In this document: one piece after another, positions 50,372-62,017 of the stretch | Layout: the number at the start of each line of letters is the position of its first letter | Position numbering within the stretch: position 1 is the stretch's first letter | The notes under the pieces: generated by a model | What the model was told of the DNA's origin: nothing | What the model saw: only the letters and a program-made list of their open reading frames with translations | The model's database searches: none | Position numbers and translations under genes: made by a program | Assembly: GCA_051362555.1 (NCBI GenBank) | Contig: CM120645.1 | Coordinates: 20,832,001-20,896,000, forward strand | DNA: 64,000 nucleotides | Source of the DNA: Lingula anatina | Taxonomy: Eukaryota; Animalia; Brachiopoda | Direction of reading: 5' to 3'

Positions 50372-51485
50372 TTTTTTTTTTGGGGGGGGGGGCACACTTT
50401 ATCATTTGGAGCGCATAGGGCATGTAGGAGCTGGAACTGGAAGCCATTGAGGCTTACCTCCCCCCCTCCCCCAAAAAAAAAAAAAAAAAAAAAAAACATT
50501 GGTAACAAACTACAAGCCAGGGACAATGAAATGACGCAGAACATGGGGAAATGGAAAACCAATTGTCAGTTGGGAGTGGAACATTAGATGATTAATTAAG
50601 TCAGGGTTTTGACCCCTTTCAGCTTGATTTAAGGACGCAGAGAGTAAGGGAGACAAACAGGAAATTTTTTTTAGATTTAATCATAAAACAAGGATGAATA
50701 AAACATTTTACCTATAAGCAAACTGCCATTTGAAATGAAAAGAAGAAATTGATATAATAATGTAATATAGAATACAAACTTGCAAAAGACATCCAACAAT
50801 AAAGCACACTCTGAAAAGACAACACTAAAATACCATACTAAATATTCTTAGAACAAATATACAATGTACGTGTATATTACATGTACATGTATCAAAGGTA
50901 TCACCATTGTTTCTACAATTCTTTAAACTTCATTTTTCATGAATGATAATTTTATTTGTTATGTCGTCATTTACATGGGGAGAATGGAGTGTGTGGGGTT
51001 TACTGGTATATGTAAAATTTGTGAGACAAAATAGAGAAGGCAAAACTAAGCCCAGTATGATTTTCTCATGGGCCCCGCACAACTTTCCATACCCCATGTA
51101 GATGAACACATAACTCATAAAAGATGGCTGGAAACAAATTTGTTGGCATTGTGGAAAAATGCTTTAAAACTTAATATTGTTACACATTCCACTTATTATT
51201 TCTTCTGGAACAAAAGATTGCATTATTTATGGACGGGAAATACATTCAATAAAATGTCTTCAGGTCATCTTTTTCAACTGAATTTGTTATGGTGGTTCCA
51301 AAGCGGCCACTAAATCACAAAAATAATGTTGATTAAAGGGAATGACATAGAAGACTCTTGGTTTCATTCAAAATCACGTGAATTTGGTTTTATTCCATTG
51401 TCATACTGTACATTCTAACTTTGACATTTCACTGCTTTGTGGGCTTTGGGCCTATGTTCCATAACTCTGATGACTGCTGCAAGTA

Positions 51486-51690
51486 TGAACTTTGACCTGT
51501 TGAACTTTGATCTGATTCCAATACTGTGTCAACTGATGCCTATTTAGTAAGTGTGAACTTTGACCCAATTCCAATACTACATACAGTATGTCAACAGATG
51601 CTTATGTGTGAATCTGGGCCCGATTCCAATACTGTGCGAACTGATGCCCATTCAGTCAAAGTAAACTTTGGGCAAAGTCCAGTATAGTGT
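51486..51690. repeat. Degenerate ~50-bp tandem repeat in the presumed CFAP54 3' UTR
   Basis: About four copies of TGAACTTTGA..ATTCCAATACTGTG.CAACTGATGC. Confidence 0.7.
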
Positions 51691-51811
51691 TAATTAGATT
51701 TGATTCCATCAATGTGCACACATGATACATGTATCATGGGAACATGAACACGGCAAGCCGTTTCTGTGTAATATCATCCCATTAACGTAAACTGTCCATT
51801 ACTGCATGTCT

Positions 51812-51934
51812 TTACTGTGTGAACAACTTGCTGAACCAGTTGAACATGGTCCCTCCCTTCATAGTGAAGCCGAAGCTTGGATCAAACAGCTTCTCAAAAC
51901 TGTGCATGTTGGCCTTGGTGACTTCAAAGGGAAT
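51812..51934 (-). CDS. CFAP54: CFAP54-like terminal exon (IPFEVTK...FSKLFTQ*)
   Basis: Poly-T tract plus CAG| acceptor, TAA at 51814-51812. Confidence 0.88.
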   Translation of the reverse strand: MPFEVTKANMHSFEKLFDPSFGFTMKGGTMFNWFSKLFTQ

Positions 51935-54900
51935 CTGAAAAAAAAAAACAGATTTAGAAATTCATTAAGAAATAGATTTAGCCGTAGAACACACACACAC
52001 ATACACACAATTTAGGATCAAACTGCATGGTGAAAAGTTTACTTTTGTTGATCACGTCAAAGACATGCAATCTCACACACACACACACACGCGCGTGCAT
52101 AAATACACAGTTACAGTCAGATTGCAGATGGCTCTGGTAAAAAAAAAATCTTTAGAGATATAGGTATAATGTTAGCACTCTGAGAAATAATAAAACTATG
52201 GTGAATAAAATTTATTAAATCAATTCTAGCAACCTGATATCCAAAATTTGGATTCAAATTATTAAGAAAATTAATAAATAAAAATGATAGCAAAATCAAT
52301 AATGTCCATAAAATGCTAGCAAGAGTCCAACAAACAAAAATTTTCAGTTTTGAAATCTTCAAAAAGAACTTTGATCACTAAGTATGTCAGTTTCGTGACA
52401 TAACAAGTAAAATTACAAAAAAATCAGTAGATGGTATTTCCCAGCAGACTGTGTGGCCTGACATGAAAAATTATGTAATTCAACAACTTCTCTTTTCCTT
52501 CGCAATTTTCCAAGAAAATTTTTTTTCGCTGAATCCAACTTTACCAATGTGCAATTAGTGGTCGGATGTGAGGTAGACATGAGCTGATCCCCAATGCTAT
52601 TTCTAGAGCACAGGATTCAAACACACTACGCATGCGTGAAAAATGCGATGTTTGAAATAAACAAGTTGGTGAAATTAACAAAGCATGCTGGTGTTTACCG
52701 TCTAGTTGACTTTATTTAATTTGCTCTCTAGTGTCTTTTTTAGTATTTGGAGTTTAAAAACACAAAAGTTGTCTGGTTTCATACATGTATCGAGGCACCA
52801 CGTATTGTTTGTGTGCTTATTTCTAGACTACACATAACTTGTCATCTTATAACCATAATTTACCACTAACTGGATTTTTTTATTGGTATTACCTGAAATA
52901 TGATCATTTACCAAACTCTTCACGTAAATGGAATATGTTTTTCATTCCAAAGTGCGCAAGCAAAGCTGAGTTCATCGTATCTCCGTAACTGTATATGTCC
53001 ATTTACCCTTTCAGTACCAACAAACATATAAGAGTTTTTCCAATAACTCGTATCACAGGACTTTTAAGAAAACAGATTGTTTTGAGATTTCCTTTCAGTT
53101 CTGGGATTTGAACTTCAGTCATTATGGTCTATTTTTACTACCCACGACATTCCCTCTGTGAACAGAAATCATCCATTATCAATAACAGCAATCATCCTTT
53201 AAGTGTCATTTTCCAATTTTCACAATCATGGCAAAACCACCTAAGTATCATTCCATGGATAATATAACATCATGGGGACCGGCTGAGCTCAGAAGTGCTA
53301 TTATACATGTATACTGAGGGTTGTGAACCAGAAATCCCATCTGACTTGATTCTAAAGACATGTATTGTTTTTACAGAGAAAATAACACAACTGGGCTCTC
53401 CTGGGTTCAAACCTGCTATCAAACTTCAGGTTATGAACTGCTGTTATGGCAATTCCACCTGACTTGCCTTTGCTTAGTTGTAAGAACATCTCATCAAAAA
53501 CAATTAACTTTCACTGCTCCCAAGAATCATTTTCAAATGAACTTTTATGTGCAACATGCACATAATTCTCTATATATACATATAGTAATATAGCCTCAGA
53601 CAAAAATTGGTTTTGCTACCTTTACTGTGACTTTTGCTAAACATGTGTTTGTATCAGGCCACAAGACTTTCTGAATATTATTTTTCTACTCTGTACATGT
53701 ATAAAATATGTAGTGTAGTGACAGAATATCCTGCTGACTTAACCTCCTCTGCAATTTTACCTCTTTTTTTTCTTCTGGGGTTAAATAGGTATTAATGACA
53801 TGTCACTTAAAACAAACAAACAAACAAACAAACAAACAAGTTAATAAATGAATGAATAAAAGCTCCTATATTTGACTGGTACACAAGAATAATATAATCC
53901 CACTTTCATGAAATATTTTTGACTAAAAACCCCTTAAAAATTCCACTATTATTATTATTTTTTTTTTTTGCCATATTCTGACCCAGAACAGCCTGTTATC
54001 CCATAAGAGTATGGCCAATCAATAACCTTTTCCAGGCAATTTAACCAGTTAATCTGATACCAACATTGATGCAAATGCATCACTGTCAGGGCAGCAACAC
54101 GGGGCTTAAAAGACTGCTTTGGGAAACATTTACTCGAAACAAAACATTAAAAAAACCCTTACACTAAGGCAAATGTGAATTATCTTTTAGAAGTATTGAC
54201 CCCAAATGAACTTCAGACTACAGTTGCTCTTAATTTTCATAAATCAAAAATTGGATTGATTTTAAATCAGGAGAAATGTTCAGTAGTCTTTTGAAATGGA
54301 GTAACACTACATTTGTGGTCTAGAACAATATATGTGCACTACATTTTTGATACAACAGAGGAACAGTATTTCATTTAATATGAACCTGCTGACTTATCAT
54401 GGGTCAAATAAGACTAAAACTTTGGCTTAAAAGGTTTGACCAACTTTTGTATTTAATTTTTTTCAATGTGTGCAAAGACTTAGAAGCTGAAGGACAAATT
54501 GAAATAAGTTCATCTATTCAGTAAACTGTTATGAATGATTTTCATACTTTTTACTCTTTCATTAAAAAACAAACATTTTCTCACAAAAGACATTTCAATG
54601 TGCACCAGACAATTTCATCAGTCTATGAGTGGGAAAGGGGGGGGGGGGGGGGGGCATGCCTTACTTATGATGAAATGTATCATACAAATTTAACTCCATC
54701 TAGGTGTCAATTTTAACTGATGAACATACATGTAGAAACATCTCAAGTGAGTCAAAGTTTGCTGGGGAAAATTAAAAAAGAAAAAAAAATGTCAGCGGTC
54801 TTAAAACTGACCTCCACCTCTGAGACTGTCTCCAGCTCTGGCAGCACTCCAAATAATGTCTGGACATCGGTCAAGCACTGCTTTAACAAATTCTGAAATA

Positions 54901-56280
54901 ACAGGCAAAATTACAGAACAATGTTATAAAATTATCTTTACATACTGCTACCTTTATTCTAATCATCACCTCTGTATTATATTCATAAAACTTCACAGAG
55001 AGAGTTATTTGCCCAACATTATATATATATCTCCTTCCCAAATATCAGGCCTGCCATATTCTTTTCACAAATTTGCTGTAAATTTGCCAAAGAAATTTCA
55101 TGTTCTTGCAAATTTGCTGCAAATAAGCAGCAATACAATTTTTTGCAAACTACTTGCTGCAAACTTTTAGTTTCCAGCAAATTTGCAGCAAACTTTTCAT
55201 TTTGCTAAGGAATATGCCGTGGGTTATTCCCAATGTAAATTACATGTACAGTGTAGGCTAAAACCATGCCTTACATACATGTGGTTTATATTTCACTACT
55301 TTGCAATAAATTATTTTTATTTTAATAATTCATGTGTGATGTCTGAGTTAGTGAGAACACTTGCTGTGGGTATAACCCTGTGATATGTAGTTATCCAAAC
55401 ACTGATTATTCAAACAATATGATAATTGCACTAGCTTGTATTCTGCTTACAAGAAGTACACACTTTCCTGTATTTCAGTAAGCTTCAATGCATTCCATGC
55501 TCCAAAGCACAAAATACAGACAAGCATATATCTCTAACTCAAGCATACTTATCCTGCTGTTCAAAATGCCAGACTTGAAAATTAAGCACACTCATGTAAT
55601 GCTATATAGCATACAGTGGGCGACTTGTCTCATACATGTAACTAGACAAGTAAGTAGAAGAGACGGCAAATGCTCGATCTTTTCAATGGGTAAAATATTA
55701 TTAAACTTTTAGTTACATAATTTTATAATCACAAAAATTATATTTCTATATAGCATTTGCAGTGCTTTTTCTGCAAAGGATAAGAGCCAAAGAACACCCC
55801 GCTTTTTAATTTTGTTGCTGCTACTGCAAAATTCACAATTTTCCCCCCATTGTAAATATCAGGTTATTACCGTAAGTACTTACTTCCAGATGCTCGTCCT
55901 TCTTCACCTTGGGAGACAGGGCCTTGATTCTGGCCACTTTCTTGGTTTTCCCTGTGGCAGAGGGGGTTGGGGACGGAGGCTGGGGCTCTTTTTTAGGCTT
56001 CTCCACTAAAGAGATCTCACTTCTCTGCATCAGCAGTGCCAGTCTGGAGGAATGGAAAAATAAGAATCACTCAATTTACTAGAACAACATGATTTGAGAA
56101 TTTTCCCCAGTGTTTTGTTAATAATATTTTAGAATATCGATTCAATAGCGGTGAAAATTTATACAGTTAGTTGGCTTCATGTAAGAAAATGCATTGTGTA
56201 AGTGTCATTTTCTATTTCCTCCCTAACATACAGCTCTATCAGTTGTTTCAGTGTTTACCACAGTAGTCCGAGTGAAAGTC

Positions 56281-56317
<37 letters not shown>

Positions 56318-59300
56318 TACGTGTGTCAGTGTTTGCATGCACTTGTAAGCATACATGTGTGTGCAGGCAAACTCTGCATTCCCTATCATGTAGCTCTATC
56401 AGTTGTTTCAGTCTCTCTGGAAAGCTGTCCCAGTTGCATGTCCTTTGTGTGTTTGCATATGTTTATATTTATGTGTTTGCTTGAATGCATGTGTGCGTAT
56501 ATATATATATACATGTGTGCTGGGAAGCTCTGTATTACCTATCATGTAGTTCTATCAGTTGTTTCAGTGTTATCCAGAGCAGTCCAGGTTGTAGTCCCTG
56601 GGCACCTGTCACTTTATCTGCCTTCTTATTCACTGCGTACAGCAGAGCAATATGGCTGTCCGCTGCCCCTGTCGACATACTGGTCTGGGGACGTAATGGC
56701 ATATGACCATGCTCCTCAAAGGCTGGCTGGTACCTACAAATTTATATTTGAAAAAATTATTATAAAGCTATAATATTAATGTAACATTGTTCCATATATT
56801 AGTAAAACAAAATGGTAGTGGTTTAATTGACATAAAAAAATTCAAATAAATGCAGACAGATCGATGGCTATCACAACTTAAAAGGTTTTGAAAATGCTCA
56901 AGTCTGCATAAAATAACAAACAAACAAACAAATAAATAAACAAATAATAAACCTACCATTGTAGACTGATTTCATTATCAGAAGTGCTGACAATGCTCTT
57001 GTCGGGTGGTTTATGGACGTGTACAGGGCTCAGGGTCCCTGGGGGTGTGACGGGTGCCAGGGGGGTTCCGTCTGGCTGCTGGTCAATAGGGATCACCAGA
57101 TTCCCAGCATAATTCTTGGTGATAATTTCCACATTTGTAGGGCTGACATCTGGTGGCAGGTCAAGTTGTAATGCAACAGGTGGATAGATGGCGCAACATT
57201 CTGCTGAGTACACTTGCAGGGCAGAAGTGAAGAACTGATGCATGCTGGTTAGACGTAAAGAAATTGGTCCACTGAGGACAGTTGATCTCACCACATCGTG
57301 ATTTAAGGCGATGTCAAATTCTGCATGGCTGAAGAATCCTAAGCCAAATTCTGAACCAAGATCGCTTGTACTGTTTGGTGGCTCCCTCTGGTGTTCATTT
57401 TCCTTCTTGGCAGATGCTGATATCACTGTAGCTGTGCTGCACATGCGCTGCAGGATAGCCTGGTAGCCTACAAAACAAAACAAAACAAAAACAACTGAAT
57501 ATATATTTTGTATGAGCGAACAAAATGACTACCATCAAATTCAAACTGACATATGTACATAACTAAACCATTTGCCTTTTACAAAATTCAAGATCAATAT
57601 TTGTTCAGTTCAATAAATGACTGAGTGGGTTGTCAGAATCAATTCTTATCAAAATTATACAGTTGTTTGTAACCCCCAAGAGAAAAAAAAATTGTCTGAT
57701 AATTACATTTAATTATTACTACAGTTTGTAGTGCAGATAGGGATCAAGCCACCATGCCAATGCAACCTGCACACTTGTTGGAGATTGAGAGTTAGTGCCA
57801 ATGAAATGTATAATTGTAAATAAATGACATAATTATCAAAGGTGGCTCGAATTTTACCCAGGAGATGGGTCCAGCTGATGCCCTTGGCTTCTTCCCTGGC
57901 TTTATTGATTTCATCTTGGTAGGTTTCCACCACCTGCTGCACCTCAAGGCTCTCCACCAAAGGAGCCATCTCCTCCTCTATTGCATCTGTATGTGAAAAT
58001 AAAAAAAATAAATATTTTAACACTTTTTCTCATTTTTTTCATTTCACTGCACAAAGAACTTGAAAAACTACAATGAAATAATTAAATAATGAATATATGA
58101 ATTAAAATTTTTCAATAAATAAATAATTAACCAATTACAAATACAACAAATGTAAAATAGGACTTCATGCAGTGCAACACATAACATTTCACACACATTT
58201 AAAAAAAGGTATGAGTAAAATAAATATCCGTAACATATACAATCTAATATCTAATACCTTACTGATAAAAAAGTCAACCCTATCTATGAAGACTACATCA
58301 TACTGATTTCAACATGTATATTAATATATATCAAGAATTACGGTATAGGGTACTTTACAGGTCAGTCTCCAGAATGTACCTGTTAGTAATTATAAACTCA
58401 TGTCTAAGGGCCATTTCAGTTGAATTTAAACCCTTAAAAGAGTCTATAAAATGCAATATGAAATTTTATTATGCAAACTATTCAATTCCTGCAAGGTAAT
58501 CTTGAGAAAATTATCCATATCAAATGAATCAAAGGATTTCTTTTTGACAGAAATTGGGACCCAGCCTGTGAAAATATCATACCCTTACAAAGTACAAGTG
58601 ACACCAAATTAACCCATATGTACAAACAAAGTCATTTTCAGCATATTTGTCTCTAATAATTGGACAAACATGACACCACTGTCATGCTAGAAGATGCATT
58701 ACTTCGTCTATTAAAAGACAGAACCTTATTTGACAGGTTAAAAAAATAATTCGACATGAAATCATATAATCAATCAGTAATGTGATACTGGTAAAGGTGG
58801 CGTGTATCAGGCTTCTTGAGCTGTTTATCACTTTTGTCTTTTGACTCTGAAAGGCCACTGTAGGCATCATCCAATAAATTCAGATAATAAAGAAGTTCAT
58901 GCAGTACAAAGTCTGCAAAGTACATACACATAATATATTTTATTGACTTAATCTCATTCCTACCCAGATTACCTACAGTATAATAGTACAATCACGCAAA
59001 GTTCAAGGGGAACTATATTGACAGTACTCAAAGAAGACAGATCTACTTATGCTAAAAGGCAATAAAAATTATTTAAGAAATATCAAGAGACCCTGACTGC
59101 AGAAATTGTTTTACACATCTTTCCTCCCTGAATAACTCTCTATGATAAAAATGAATTTTTAAAAATATTCTGTCTACTTTCAAAACAAACAAACCAACAC
59201 TAATGCAAAAATTAACCTCCATTGCTGTCAGAAAAAAAATAAAGTTAACTTACTTTTGTAAACTTTCTTCTTCTCCCCAAACACATAGGAGCTGATAAGA

Positions 59301-61953
59301 TCAAGGACAGCAAAATCTGGGATGTCCTGCTGCGCCTTTGCGGAGAGAGGTTGTGACGTTACGCTGACATCACCAGGCAATAACAGTCGTGCTCGCTGTG
59401 CCTGTCCCGCAGCTGCCGCACACCTTATGGCTACCCATGCAGCACGCCGTTCCTTGTCCCTCTCGCCCTCAGTGGGCTCTTTGGCCGGCTTCAACTTGGT
59501 CTTCTCCTTCTTACTCTGAAAAAGAACAGGAACCTTAGCAAATTTATTTCTACCCAAAAAAGTTCTGCTCACATAATCTGATATGTGAATCTTCACTTAC
59601 CAGAATCGTCTATGTTTTAATTTGGTATGTCCAGTAAAAAAACGGAAAAAATGATAATTATAAATATATATTTATATAATATTATATTATAAAATTTATA
59701 TAATATGTACATGTATGTATTACATTGATATCTATACTCCCTAATTTCTGTCTACTCTGGGTTATACCTCAGAAATTAAATAATATTCCTTTTCTTCTTT
59801 CAAACCCACTTCTATATACCAAATCTTCCTCACTGACAAATAGAAATCTACTGACCTTGACTCCCTTCTTGGACTTCTTCCCACTGCTTCCAGTTTTCAC
59901 AGAGCTCACTTCATCCCCGCTCTCCCCGGCCGATTCGACCACTGACCCCTCGGGGACAGTCAGGGTGTCCTCAGTGGTCACTCCCTGGGGGACCACCCCT
60001 GAGGAGGACAGGTAGACCAGGGCGATCTCCAGGTAACCCTGACGGATTAAGCTGGAAAAAAGAATAAAAAAAAAAATGTAAAGAAATGAAATAAAATAAA
60101 CAAAATAACATGAAATAAACTCAAATAAAATTAATAAAATATTAAAATAAAATATGTAGTACAATAAATTTAGAGACCTTCTCCACCACAGCTGATGCAG
60201 TTTAGGGGACCAATGGTTGTTAAACTTTTAAACTTCACATTGTTAATTTTCCTTTATTGCCAAGATATACCCTGGTATCCAAAAAACAATAGGAATATTA
60301 CAATATACTAAACCTGTATTTGAGCTGTTTTATACAGCTACCAAACTTTAATAGCTTAAGGTCTCCAGTCTCTGAGATCTTTATGACATTTTTATAGCTT
60401 TTCATAATATCAAATGACAAAAATTAACTCAATGAATTTCTTGAAAATAAACAAATTCAGTTTGATAGCTTTATCCTCACCCCAAGTCATGGTCAAAAGC
60501 GTAACTAGTCCGTATGGCGTCCAGAAGAGTGGACACTACTGCCCGGGCCTGGTACTTGCCTAGATTGAACAGCTGACGCTGCACTTTACCTGATACAAAG
60601 AAAAAAAAAAAAACAAAAATGAATAAAATGAAATTTTATGCCATTTTATACTGTGTCCTTTATATTTGCAACTTAAAAGTTAATTGATATGTGCAAATTC
60701 TCAAAAATGTCTGTTCAAGTAATACAGTCATGTAATGGGGAAAATAAAAACTTTGGAGAAACTACTGAAGGTCAGGAGGACCTAGAATATAAGAAATCTG
60801 CAGGTCCTCCCAATTCTGTACATGTCCAAACTAAGTATTTTATTTCCATAAGCCTATATTTACATGTGATACATTATTATTTATATACTGCATGTAAATA
60901 ATATATGCTGCCAGTCCAGAGGACCTGCAATATCAAAAACTGTGCAAGTCCTTTGGCATTTCAGGTTGTCATGGCCTGTCAGGCAGGCAGCTTCCTCATG
61001 TCTGGTATGAATGATTTGGAAAAACTTTACCCATATTGAACACATCTTATCATATTGAAAACATCTTATCCATATTGAGCACATCTTACCCATATTGAAT
61101 ATATCTTACCAATAATGAACACATATCTTACCAATAATGAACACATATCTTACCCATATTGAGCATATCTTACCCATATTGAGCATATCTTAACCATATT
61201 GAGCACATCTTACCCATATTGAACACATCTTACCCATATTGAACACATATCTTACCCATATTGAACACATATCTTACCCATATTGAGCATATCTTATCCA
61301 TATTGAGCACATCTTACCCATATTGAACACATCTTACCCATATTGAGCAGGATCTCGGCCTCCAGACTTGCCTCTCTCAGGGAAGTCACCTTGCAGAGCT
61401 CTAAGGCTGTGGTCAAGACACCCAGGGCTGATGTCCACCTCTCAACAATATCCTCTGACCTGTAAAAAGGAAGAAATAAGACATTTCGCTATCAAACATT
61501 ATCCCATGGCATAAAATTGGATACCAGTCTAAAATCAATTCTATACGAAATGTCATATTGTGATGAATGAAACATGTGGCATTTGTCACTGCACTGACTA
61601 AAGCTTCATCAGCTGGGTTTTACATGTAAAGCTAAATGCCACTGAATACCAATAAATTCATGATAATCTTACATGCCATTACCTTTCATTATAATCTACA
61701 CTTTAAAGGAAAAGCTTTATATAAACTAAAAAGCTTCTTTCAGATCTGCAGCCAGGACAATTCTTACCCAGCATTCCTTGCGGCATTTCTGGACATGGCG
61801 TGGCCAATCCTGAGCTTTATCTGTGCCAGGAGCAGGATGTGAGGGAGGAAGGTATTGGCCATTGGAGGGAGAGGCGCACTGTGCCACGCGGCTCCTCCTG
61901 CTGGGTAGTAGTGCTCTATCTTCTCTCCCAGTGCTTGGATCTGAAAAGGAGCC

Positions 61954-62017
<64 letters not shown>

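Noticed and set aside
50223-50587. Poly-Tyr/Asn/Leu ORFs (also 61726-62123)
   Set aside because: Translations of (TAT)n/(AAT)n microsatellites. The only real coding part is CFAP54 exon 61940-61768.
47927-51811. Functional link or antisense overlap between the convergent GPCR and CFAP54
   Set aside because: The stops are 3.9 kb apart with candidate poly(A) signals on both strands. Nothing in the sequence shows overlap or co-regulation.
55872-55883. Palindromic donor GTAAGTACTTAC at a CFAP54 intron start
   Set aside because: Only a 4-bp stem can form and there is no matching + strand exon, so it is likely chance.
61026-61349. CRISPR-like appearance of the regular repeat
   Set aside because: Units are contiguous with no unique spacers, there are no cas genes, and the context is a eukaryotic intron.
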